A stretch of 64,000 nucleotides of DNA from NCBI GenBank assembly GCA_035691665.1, contig DASSIS010000089.1:3145-67144 (forward strand), written 5' to 3'. The notes under the pieces are model-generated. The model ran no database searches. It saw nothing but the letters and a program-made list of their open reading frames with translations, and was not told the origin of the DNA. Shown here piece after piece: positions 1 through 12,324 of the stretch; positions within the stretch are counted from its first letter, which is position 1, and the number at the start of each line of letters is the position of its first letter. The stretch comes from Gammaproteobacteria bacterium (GTDB taxonomy: Bacteria > Pseudomonadota > Gammaproteobacteria > Natronospirales > REEB76). The position numbers and the translations under genes were made by a program.

Positions 1-297
1 GCGCTTGGCCTCCTGGGCCGCGGCCTCGTCGATGTCGGCGGCGCGTTGCGCCGTGTCCGACAGCACCGTGACCATGTGCGGCTGGATCTCGAGGATGCCG
101 CCGGAGACGTAGAACACCGACTCCTCACCGCCGGTCTGCACGCGCACGGTACCTGGCTTCAGGCGCGTGAGCAGTGGCGCGTGGCGCGGCGTGATGCCGA
201 GCTCGCCCATCTCCGCCGGCGCGAACACCATCTCGGCGTCGCCCGAGAAGATCTCGCGCTCGGCGCTCACGATGTCGACATGGAAGGTGGTGCTCAT
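1..297 (-). CDS. atpC: ATP synthase F1 epsilon subunit (3' end cut by window edge)
   Basis: Absent from the ORF track because it is open at the window edge. The reverse complement from 297 reads [39 protein letters not shown], the conserved epsilon N-terminus. It starts 11 nt after the atpD stop. Confidence 0.85.
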   Translation of the reverse strand, partial: MSTTFHVDIVSAEREIFSGDAEMVFAPAEMGELGITPRHAPLLTRLKPGTVRVQTGGEESVFYVSGGILEIQPHMVTVLSDTAQRAADIDEAAAQEAKR

Positions 298-308
298 CGT
301 GCTGCGCC

Positions 309-1748
<1,440 letters not shown>

Positions 1749-2612
1749 TTAGCCGATGGCGGCCGCGCCGCCCACGATCTCGGACAGTTCCTTGGTGATA
1801 CCGGCCTGCCGCGCCTTGTTGTAGACGAGCTGCAGGTCGTTGATGATCTCGCCGGCGTTGTCGGAGGCCGACTTCATGGCCACCATGCGCGCCGCCTGCT
1901 CGCAGGCCGCATTCTCGACCGCGCCCTGGTACACCTGCGACTCCACGTAGCGCACCAACACGCTGCTCAGCAACTCGCGCGCCTCGGGCTCGTACAGGTA
2001 GTCCCAGTGCTCCGCCAGCTGCTCGTCCTCGATGGCCTCGGTCGGCAGGAGCTGCGACACGGTGGGCTTCTGGGTCATGGTGTTCACGAAAACGTTGTTC
2101 ACCACGAACAACCGGTCGATCTTGCCCTCGGTGTAGGCGTCGAGCATCACCTTGACGGTGCCGATGAGGTCGTCCAGGTGCGGCGTGTCGCCGAGGTGCG
2201 TCGTCTGGCCCAGCACCTTGCCGCCGAAGCGGCGGAAGAAGCTCACGGCCTTGGCGCCGACGATGCAGAAGTCCACCTCCACACCCTTCTCGCGCCAACC
2301 CTTCACCGCCGCCACCGCGGCCTTGAACAGGTTGACGTTGAGGCCGCCGCACATGCCGCGGTCGGTGGAGATCACGATCATGCCGACGCGCTTCACCTCG
2401 CGCTCCACCATGAAGGGATGGCGGTACTCGGGGTTGGCATGGGCCAGATGGCCGATCACCTTGCGCATGCGCTCGGCATAGGGGCGTGACGCCGCCATGC
2501 GCTGCTGCACCTTGCGCATCTTGCTCGCCGCGACCATCTCCATGGCCTTGGTGATCTTCTGGGTGCTCCGGATGCTCTTGATCTGCGTCCGGATCTCTTT
2601 CGGGCTTGCCAT
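1749..2612 (-). CDS. atpG: ATP synthase F1 gamma subunit
   Basis: The conserved start [34 protein letters not shown] lies at 2612. The track ORF extends to 2666 and would overlap atpA, so I trimmed it. Confidence 0.95.
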   Translation of the reverse strand: MASPKEIRTQIKSIRSTQKITKAMEMVAASKMRKVQQRMAASRPYAERMRKVIGHLAHANPEYRHPFMVEREVKRVGMIVISTDRGMCGGLNVNLFKAAVAAVKGWREKGVEVDFCIVGAKAVSFFRRFGGKVLGQTTHLGDTPHLDDLIGTVKVMLDAYTEGKIDRLFVVNNVFVNTMTQKPTVSQLLPTEAIEDEQLAEHWDYLYEPEARELLSSVLVRYVESQVYQGAVENAACEQAARMVAMKSASDNAGEIINDLQLVYNKARQAGITKELSEIVGGAAAIG

Positions 2613-2637
2613 CGTTGTCTTCCGATGCCGTTCCGGG

Positions 2638-4188
<1,551 letters not shown>

Positions 4189-4220
4189 GGTCGGACCCTC
4201 GAAGTCCTGATTTCAGTTGA

Positions 4221-4766
4221 TTAGTGTGTCAACTCGGCGGCCAGCCGCCCGAGCTTCTCGCGCACGGAACCGTCGATGACGAGGTCGCCGGCGCGGATCA
4301 CGGCGCCGCCGATGAGCGTCTTGTCCTGGACGTACTTGAGCGTGATCTTGCGGCCGAGCTTCTTGTGCAGCGCCTCGCCGATGAGCTTCTGCTCGGCGGC
4401 GTCCACCGGCATGGCGGCGCGCAGTTCCACGTCGAGCGTGTTCTCCGCCTCGGCGCGCAGGCGCTCGAAGTCGGCGGCGATCTCGGGCAGCAGCGCCAGG
4501 CGGCGGTTCTCAGCGAGCAGGCCCACGAAGTTACGGCCCTGCTGGTCGAGCTTCTGCCCAGCCTTGGCGGTGAGCTCGGCGAAGATCTCGGCGCGCACCG
4601 GCGCGGAGGCTTTCGGGCTCGTGAGCAGCGCTTGCACGCCGGCGTCGGCGCAGAACCCCGCCAGCGCGGCGAGGGCCTTGCTCCAGCCGTCGAGCGCGCC
4701 CTGGTCGCGGGCGAGCTCGAAGACCGCCTTGGCGTAGGGACGTGCGAGTGTGCTGTTCTCGGCCAT
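4221..4766 (-). CDS. atpH: ATP synthase F1 delta subunit
   Basis: 181 aa starting ...TLARPYAKAVFELA, an OSCP/delta signature. Lies between atpF and atpA. Confidence 0.9.
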   Translation of the reverse strand: MAENSTLARPYAKAVFELARDQGALDGWSKALAALAGFCADAGVQALLTSPKASAPVRAEIFAELTAKAGQKLDQQGRNFVGLLAENRRLALLPEIAADFERLRAEAENTLDVELRAAMPVDAAEQKLIGEALHKKLGRKITLKYVQDKTLIGGAVIRAGDLVIDGSVREKLGRLAAELTH

Positions 4767-4775
4767 GGCCTTCCC

Positions 4776-5249
4776 TTAGTGGATCTGTCCGGCGAGCTCG
4801 TCGAGCAGGGCCTTGTGGGCCTTGGCGTCGATCTCGCGCTCGATGATGCGCTCGGCCGCGGCGAGGGCCACCTTGGCGACCTCGGCGCGCAGCGCGTCCT
4901 TGGCGCGGTTCAGCTCCTGCTGGATCTCCGCCTTGGCGGCTTCCACCTGGCGCTGGCGCTCCACCTGGGATTGCTTGCGCGCGTCCTCCAGGAGCTGCGC
5001 GGCCTGCTGGTTGGCGATGTTCACCGCGTCGGCCGCCTTGGCGCGGGCGTCGCGCAGGATGCCGCCGGCCTGGTCATGGGCCTGGGACAGCTCCTGCTTG
5101 GCGCGCTCGGCGTCGGCGATGCCGTCGGCGATCTTCTTGGCGCGCTCGTCCATGGCCTTGAGCAGCGGCGGCCACACCCATTTCATCACCGCCCACACGA
5201 ACAGGGCGAAGGCGAACATCTCGGCTATCAGCGAAGCGTTCAGGTTCAC
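4776..5249 (-). CDS. atpF: ATP synthase F0 subunit b
   Basis: 157 aa with one N-terminal TM helix followed by a long charged Ala/Glu/Lys/Arg-rich helix. Operon position fits. Confidence 0.9.
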   Translation of the reverse strand: MNLNASLIAEMFAFALFVWAVMKWVWPPLLKAMDERAKKIADGIADAERAKQELSQAHDQAGGILRDARAKAADAVNIANQQAAQLLEDARKQSQVERQRQVEAAKAEIQQELNRAKDALRAEVAKVALAAAERIIEREIDAKAHKALLDELAGQIH

Positions 5250-5278
5250 GTGCGTGATCCTCGGTGGAGGTCAGTGGC

Positions 5279-6833
<1,555 letters not shown>

Positions 6834-6916
6834 GCTTAGGTCCCCAAGGCGGTCGGGGCAAGAAAAAAGCCACTGCGTTGCCGGGTGGCTCTGGTCGAAA
6901 CCCCAATAAGCTAAAG

Positions 6917-6937
6917 AGCCCGCTATTTTAGCGGGCT
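6917..6937 (-). terminator. Stem-loop downstream of parB (possible intrinsic terminator)
   Basis: AGCCCGCT-ATTTT-AGCGGGCT forms an 8-bp stem. On the minus strand it is followed by CTTTAGCTTATT. The loop contains the proposed atp -10 hexamer. Confidence 0.4.
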
Positions 6938-6953
6938 GGGCGGGCTACTTCAA
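6925..6953 (-). promoter_or_regulatory. Candidate sigma70 promoter of the atp operon
   Basis: The minus strand reads TTGAAG-(17 nt)-TAAAAT. On forward coordinates the -35 is at 6948..6953 and the -10 at 6925..6930, about 90 nt upstream of the atpI start. Confidence 0.5.
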
Positions 6954-6993
6954 TGAAAAAGATGGGGAAAGAAGCTAGAAACCGCCTGAGGTT

Positions 6994-7914
6994 CTAGCGG
7001 ATATGCGCCAGGATGCCGTCCAGCTCATCCAGGCTCGTATAGTGGATCACGAGCTTGCCCTTGCCCTTGCCCTTCTGCTCCACCTGGACCTTGGCCCCGA
7101 GCTTCTCCGTGAGCTGGCGCTCCAGGCGGCTCACGTCCGGGTCGGCCCGTTGCTCCTTGCGGCTGCCGGGGGCGCCCTGGAGCTCCTGGAGGCGGCGGCG
7201 CACCAGGAGCTCGGTGTCGCGCACCGAGAGGCCCTTGTCCACCACCCGCCGCGCAGCGTCGGTCTGGGCCGGGCCCTTGAGGGCCAGGAGCGCCCGGGCA
7301 TGGCCCATCTCGATGGCGCCGTTGCGGACCATGTCCTGCACGTCGCGGCTGAGTTCCAGGAGCCGCAGCAGGTTCGTGACCGCGGCCCGGGAACGGCTCA
7401 CCGCCTCGGCCGCCTGCTGGTGGGTCATCTCGAACTCGCTGATGAGGCGCTGCATGGCCTCGGCCTCCTCGAGCGGGTTGAGGTCGGCGCGCTGGATGTT
7501 CTCGATGAGCGCCATGGCGATGGCGGTGCGGTCCGGCACGTCGCGCACCACGGCGGGCACGGCGTCCAGGCCCGCCATCTGCGCCGCGCGCCAGCGGCGC
7601 TCGCCGGCGATGATCTCGTAGCGGTCGCCGCCGATGGGGCGCACCACGATGGGCTGCACGATACCCTGCTTCTTGATGGAGTCGGCGAGGTCCTTCAAGG
7701 CCTCCTCGCGCATGTCGCGCCGCGGCTGGTACTTGCCGCGCTGCACCATGTGCACAGGCAGCTTGCGCAGCTCGCCGCCGGATTCGCCCGCGGCGACCAC
7801 GGCATCCAATGCCGCGCCGCCCAGGAGGGCGTCGAGTCCGCGGCCTAGGCCTTTACGTTTGGCTGATGACAAGCTGAAAGATCTCCCTCGAAGCGCTGGG
7901 CATTTTAGCAGCAA
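6994..7914 (-). CDS. parB: Chromosome partitioning protein ParB
   Basis: Contains KRKGLGRGLDALL and IIAGERRWRAAQMAG ParB boxes and lies downstream of parA. The exact start is uncertain; an internal TTG just before SSAKRKG is possible. Confidence 0.93.
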   Translation of the reverse strand: MLLKCPALRGRSFSLSSAKRKGLGRGLDALLGGAALDAVVAAGESGGELRKLPVHMVQRGKYQPRRDMREEALKDLADSIKKQGIVQPIVVRPIGGDRYEIIAGERRWRAAQMAGLDAVPAVVRDVPDRTAIAMALIENIQRADLNPLEEAEAMQRLISEFEMTHQQAAEAVSRSRAAVTNLLRLLELSRDVQDMVRNGAIEMGHARALLALKGPAQTDAARRVVDKGLSVRDTELLVRRRLQELQGAPGSRKEQRADPDVSRLERQLTEKLGAKVQVEQKGKGKGKLVIHYTSLDELDGILAHIR

Positions 7915-7951
7915 CCGGTGCCGCCGCGCCCTCTCGCTTGTTTATCGGGGC

Positions 7952-8737
7952 TCAGGCGGCGCCGGCCGGCTGCTTCTCGCCGCGCCGCAGCATCTCGCCG
8001 GCGAGGGCGAGGTAAGCCAGGGCGCCGCGGGAGGTGGAGTCGTGCTTCAGGGCCGGGAGCCCGAAGCTCGGGGCCTCGGCCAGGCGCACGTTGCGCGGGA
8101 TCAGGGTGCGGTAGACCTTGTCGCCGAAATGCATGATGAGCTGGGCCGAGACCTCGTTGGCGAGGTTGTTGCGCGGGTCGAACATGGTGCGCAGCAGGCC
8201 TTCGATCTCGAGCTTGGGGTTCACGGTCTGCTTGAGGCGCTCCACCGTGGCCACCAGGGCAGACAGGCCCTCGAGCGCGTAGTACTCGCACTGCATTGGG
8301 ATGAACACGCCGTCGGCGGCGGTGAGCGCGTTGAGGGTGAGCATGTTGAGGGATGGCGGGCAGTCGATGAGGATGTAATCGTAGTCGCCGCGCACCTCCA
8401 GCAGCGCATCCCTGAGGCGCCCTTCGCGCTTGTCGGTGGTGAGCAGGCTCACTTCGGCGGCGGTGAGGTCGCCGTTGCCCGGGAGCAGGTCGAAGCCCGC
8501 GGACTCGACTTTGACGATGGCTTCTGAGGCCTTGGCCTCGCCCATCAGCACCTCGCAGGAGCCGGCCTCGATCTCGTGCTTGTTGACGCCGCTGCCCATG
8601 GTGGCATTGCCCTGAGGGTCCATGTCCACCAGCAGCACGCGGCGCTTGGTGGCGGCGAGGGACGCAGCCAGGTTGATGGCCGTGGTGGTCTTGCCCACCC
8701 CGCCCTTCTGGTTCGTGACCGCCAAGACTCTGCTCAT
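7952..8737 (-). CDS. parA: Chromosome partitioning ATPase ParA/Soj
   Basis: Starts MSRVLAVTNQKGGVGKTTTAINLA, the deviant Walker A. 261 aa. Confidence 0.95.
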   Translation of the reverse strand: MSRVLAVTNQKGGVGKTTTAINLAASLAATKRRVLLVDMDPQGNATMGSGVNKHEIEAGSCEVLMGEAKASEAIVKVESAGFDLLPGNGDLTAAEVSLLTTDKREGRLRDALLEVRGDYDYILIDCPPSLNMLTLNALTAADGVFIPMQCEYYALEGLSALVATVERLKQTVNPKLEIEGLLRTMFDPRNNLANEVSAQLIMHFGDKVYRTLIPRNVRLAEAPSFGLPALKHDSTSRGALAYLALAGEMLRRGEKQPAGAA

Positions 8738-9393
8738 AGCTTCTCGATCTCTACTAGGCAGCGCTCGGCATCGAGGCCCGGCACCTGCAAGGGATGGACG
8801 TCGAGGACACGGAAACCCAGGGGCAGGCCCTTGAGCTCGTCTTCCGGGTAAGCACCCTTCATGGCCAGGAGCCTGCCGCCGGCGGTGCAGCCGTGGCCCG
8901 CGAGCTTGAGGAAATCCCCCAGGGAGGCGAAGGCGCGGCTTAGCACGGTAGCAAACGGTTCCACCGGGCGGTAGCCCTCGGCCCGGGCCTGCACCACCTC
9001 CACGTTGCGGAGCTTGAGGCTGGCTGCGGCCTGGACCATGAAACGGGTCTTCTTGCCATTGCTGTCCAGCAGGGTGAAGCGGGTATCCGGCAGGACGATG
9101 GCGAGCGGGATGCCCGGCAAACCCGCCCCGGCACCCACGTCCTGCACCGGGCCGCGGGTCACATAGGGCAGCACCGCCAGGCTATCCAGCAGGTGCTTCA
9201 CCACCATCTCCGCCGGGTCGCGCACTGCCGTGAGGTTATAGGCCTGGTTCCAGCGCATGAGGAGTTCTACGAACTCGAGCAGCCGCACCTCGCTTTCAGC
9301 AGGCAGGTCGACCTTGAGGGCCGCGAGGCCGGGCGCGAGACCCGCCCGCCAATCGGCGGGGCTCATGGGCGGAGGTCCGTGTGGAGGCGGCAC
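8734..9393 (-). CDS. rsmG: 16S rRNA (guanine527-N7)-methyltransferase RsmG (GidB)
   Basis: Contains WNQAYNLTAVRDPAEMVVKHLLDS and the SAM motif DVGAGAGLPGIPLA. It overlaps the parA start by 4 nt. The start is either GTG at 9393 or ATG at 9366. Confidence 0.92.
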   Translation of the reverse strand: MPPPHGPPPMSPADWRAGLAPGLAALKVDLPAESEVRLLEFVELLMRWNQAYNLTAVRDPAEMVVKHLLDSLAVLPYVTRGPVQDVGAGAGLPGIPLAIVLPDTRFTLLDSNGKKTRFMVQAAASLKLRNVEVVQARAEGYRPVEPFATVLSRAFASLGDFLKLAGHGCTAGGRLLAMKGAYPEDELKGLPLGFRVLDVHPLQVPGLDAERCLVEIEKL

Positions 9394-9470
9394 ATCTTCA
9401 TGCCGCGCACACTAGCACCGAACCGCGCTTTCCGGGCTGACGGGGCCGGCTCTCTATTTGGAAGCAGTCT

Positions 9471-9740
9471 TCAACCGGAGCGGCGGGTGCCGGGCAACAG
9501 GCCCCGGTGTGTCCCGAAGCCGGCCATGAGCGCCGCTGCCAGGAGCGCGGCCAGGTCCAGGTCGCGGATGAGGCCGAGGTGGGACTGGGCGAAATCGTTG
9601 GCGGACTGGATCATGGCCTGCTGGTCCGTATGGGACGTGGCGCTGGCCACCACGTAGAGGGCGATGCCGAGTTGCACCAGCAGCAGCAAGGCGAAGGCCA
9701 AGACCAGGAACCAGAAGCCGCCGACCAGCGCACGCCGCAC
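9471..9740 (-). CDS. Small hypothetical membrane protein
   Basis: 89 aa with the hydrophobic N-terminal helix GGFWFLVLAFALLLLVQLGIALYVV and a second hydrophobic stretch near the C-terminus. Begins 9 nt after the ATPase stop. No family recognised. Confidence 0.5.
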   Translation of the reverse strand: MRRALVGGFWFLVLAFALLLLVQLGIALYVVASATSHTDQQAMIQSANDFAQSHLGLIRDLDLAALLAAALMAGFGTHRGLLPGTRRSG

Positions 9741-9749
9741 GGCCGGGAC

Positions 9750-11549
9750 CTAGTAGCGCCCCACGGGCGGCGGCACCACCCGCATGACCTCTTCGACGGT
9801 GGTCACGCCCTCCGCCACCTTCTGGGCACCGCGCAGGCGCAGCGGCTTCATGCCGTCGCGGATGGCCGCTTCGCGCAGCGCGTCCATGTCGAAGCGCTCG
9901 GTGATGAGGCCCTTGAGCTTGGGGGTGAAGGTCAGCATCTCGTAGATGCCGACGCGGCCGCGGTAGCCGGTGTTGCGGCACTCGAGGCAGCCCACCGCGT
10001 GGTAGACCTGGCGCGGCTTCTGGGCCTTCCAGGGGGCCACCAGGGAATCCCATTCCTCGTCGCTCAACTCCCCTGCTTTCTTGCAATGGGGGCAGAGGGT
10101 GCGCACCAGGCGCTGGGCGATGACGCCGAGCAGCGTCGATTGCAGCAGGAAGGGCTGCAGATCCAGGTCTAGGAGCCGGCTCACGGAAGCCGGTGCGTCG
10201 TTGGTGTGCAGGGTCGAGAGCACCAAGTGGCCCGTGAGCGCCGCCTGCACCGCCATCTCGGCAGTCTCGGCGTCGCGGATCTCGCCCACCATGATGATGT
10301 CCGGGTCCTGGCGCAGCAGCGTGCGCACGCCGGAGGCGAAGGTGAGGTCGATATTGGCCTGCACCTGCATCTGGTTGAAGGCCGGCTCCACGAGCTCGAT
10401 GGGGTCCTCCACCGTGCAGACGTTCACCTCGGGCTTGGCCAGCTGCTTCAGCGTGGAGTAGAGCGTGGTGGTCTTGCCCGAACCCGTGGGTCCGGTCACC
10501 AGGATGATGCCATGGGGGTTCTCGATCATCGCCCCCCACAGCCGCTCGTCGGTCTCGGCGAAGCCCAGGGCGCGGAAGTCCTTGAGCAGCACCATGGGAT
10601 CGAAGATGCGCATCACCAGCTTCTCGCCGAAGGCGGTGGGCATGGTGGACAGGCGCAGCTCCACCTCCTGGCCCTGCGGGTTGCGGGTCTTGATGCGGCC
10701 GTCCTGCGGGCGGCGCTTCTCGGCGATGTCCATGCGCGCCAGGATCTTGATGCGGCTCGTGACCGGCGCTAGCACCGCGCCCGGCAACTGGTAGACCTGC
10801 TGCATCACGCCGTCGATGCGGAAGCGGATGATACCCTGCTCGCGGCGCGGCTCCACATGGATGTCGCTGGCGCGCTGGTCGAAGGCGTACTGCAGCAGCC
10901 ACTCCACTATGCTGACCACGTGCTGGTCGTTGACGTCGAGCTTGCCGCTCTTGCCGAGCTCGACCAGCTGCTCCAGGTTCTGGATGCCGCCGGCGGCGGG
11001 CATGCCCTCGTTCTGCTTCTCCGCGCCCAGTACCGAGCGGGAGATGGAATAGAACTCCACCAGGTACCGGGCGATGTCCTCCGGGTTGGCGAACACCCGG
11101 TTGATCTTCTTCTTCTGGACCTGGGAGATCTCCCGTTCCCACTCGTATTCGTAGGGTTCGGCGGTGGCGAAGGTGATCTCCTGGCGCGAGACCTCCACCG
11201 GCAGCACGTTGTACCGCGAGGCGTAGGGCAGCGACACCACCGAGGTGATGCGCTGCACGTCGAGCTTGAGGGGGTCGATGCGGAAATACAGCAGGTCGCA
11301 GCGGGCCGCGAGCCAGATGCTGAGGGACTCCACCGTGAGCGGCGCATGTGGCGACCGCGCGTCGGTCCAGCCGCGCTTGCCCAGGATGGCGATGGGATGC
11401 TGGTTCTTGTAGGCGCCGCGTTCGGCGAGGCCCGAGAGCAGCTCGACCTTGTCTCGGCCGATCACTCCGTCCGCCTGCATCCAGGCCAGCACTTCCTGCA
11501 GTGTGAGCTTGTGCTCGGCGATTTTGCGTGGTTCGCGGGCGCTGTGCAT
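9750..11549 (-). CDS. GspE/PilB-family secretion ATPase (orphan)
   Basis: Carries Walker A GPTGSGKTTT, Asp box VEDPIE, Walker B DPDIIMVGEIRD, His box LSTLHTNDA and the tetracysteine pair CPHCKK...CLECRNTGYRGRVGIYE. There is an N-terminal T2SSE_N-like domain. The start is taken at ATG 11549; the track start at 11588 is a TTG. Confidence 0.9.
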   Translation of the reverse strand: MHSAREPRKIAEHKLTLQEVLAWMQADGVIGRDKVELLSGLAERGAYKNQHPIAILGKRGWTDARSPHAPLTVESLSIWLAARCDLLYFRIDPLKLDVQRITSVVSLPYASRYNVLPVEVSRQEITFATAEPYEYEWEREISQVQKKKINRVFANPEDIARYLVEFYSISRSVLGAEKQNEGMPAAGGIQNLEQLVELGKSGKLDVNDQHVVSIVEWLLQYAFDQRASDIHVEPRREQGIIRFRIDGVMQQVYQLPGAVLAPVTSRIKILARMDIAEKRRPQDGRIKTRNPQGQEVELRLSTMPTAFGEKLVMRIFDPMVLLKDFRALGFAETDERLWGAMIENPHGIILVTGPTGSGKTTTLYSTLKQLAKPEVNVCTVEDPIELVEPAFNQMQVQANIDLTFASGVRTLLRQDPDIIMVGEIRDAETAEMAVQAALTGHLVLSTLHTNDAPASVSRLLDLDLQPFLLQSTLLGVIAQRLVRTLCPHCKKAGELSDEEWDSLVAPWKAQKPRQVYHAVGCLECRNTGYRGRVGIYEMLTFTPKLKGLITERFDMDALREAAIRDGMKPLRLRGAQKVAEGVTTVEEVMRVVPPPVGRY

Positions 11550-11595
11550 GGCCAAAGTGTAGCAATAAGGGGCGTCGTGGGCTCCCAATGAATAA

Positions 11596-11665
11596 GATTC
11601 CTGGGGAAAGGCTTTTATTCCGCATTATTCCTGCGATATTCCCGTTCCACGGCCCTTCCTATTCC
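11596..11665. promoter_or_regulatory. Five phased ATTCC/TATTCC direct repeats in a divergent intergenic region
   Basis: ATTCC occurs at 11597, 11617, 11627, 11638 and 11661; four copies read TATTCC and two read TATTCCTGCG. Spacings are 20, 10, 11 and 23 nt. Confidence 0.45.
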
Positions 11666-11718
11666 TGCGGAGCTCGCCCAGACTTGCGACATCCGAAACG
11701 GGTGACCGAGGTGCCCCC

Positions 11719-12324
11719 ATGTCATTCAACGAGAATCTGCGCACGCTACGTCTGGCCCGCGGCTTCACCCAGCCTGCGCTGGCGGAGAAGGCCGCCATCG
11801 AGCAGTCCTATCTCTCCAAGCTGGAGAACGGCCGCTCCAAACCCTCCGAGGACGTGCTCGCGCGCCTCGCCCAGGCACTGGAGGTGAAGGCCGAAGCGCT
11901 GCTGCAAAACGGCGACGAGGCGGCGGAACGTAGCCGCCGCTGGCGCCTCGGCCTGGTGGCGGCGGGCACGCTCATGGCGCTGGCTGCTGCGTTCTTCTTC
12001 GGGCGCGTCACCGCCATGTACCCGCTCAGCGTGGGCGAGGTCATACGCGGCGCAGATGCCTCCGAGAACCTCCCCCGGGACGTCATGGCCCTGGCGCCGC
12101 GTGACGTGGAGGTGATCATGATCACCCGCAACGGCCGGGGAGACCGGCTGTCCATCGACGGGCGCGCGGCGGATCCCGCTTCGGTGCAGGCCTACATGCA
12201 GGCCATCCATCGCAGCTACGGCGGCACCTTCCCCTCCATCCATGTATCGCCGGATGCAGCGGACGGCACGCACGCCTTCCAGCTCGAGTACCAGATGCGC
12301 GCCGGGAGCCCGCCGGCGGATTAG
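11719..12324 (+). CDS. XRE-family HTH protein with a transmembrane helix and C-terminal extracytoplasmic domain
   Basis: The N-terminus LRTLRLARGFTQPALAEKAAIEQSYLSKLENGRSKPS is a Cro/C1-type HTH. A TM helix follows (LGLVAAGTLMALAAAFFFG), then a roughly 100-aa C-terminal domain. Confidence 0.75.
   Translation: MSFNENLRTLRLARGFTQPALAEKAAIEQSYLSKLENGRSKPSEDVLARLAQALEVKAEALLQNGDEAAERSRRWRLGLVAAGTLMALAAAFFFGRVTAMYPLSVGEVIRGADASENLPRDVMALAPRDVEVIMITRNGRGDRLSIDGRAADPASVQAYMQAIHRSYGGTFPSIHVSPDAADGTHAFQLEYQMRAGSPPAD

Noticed and set aside
9454-11625. A 723-aa ORF in another frame across the GspE-like ATPase gene.
   Set aside because: It is an Arg/Pro/Gly-rich nonsense translation. The 612-aa frame carries every secretion-ATPase motif.
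12321-12324. Convergent genes share overlapping stop codons (TTAG: TAG for the HTH gene, TAA on the opposite strand for the NHL gene).
   Set aside because: It is real, but it is a trivial 4-nt overlap common in compact genomes, with no specific functional implication.
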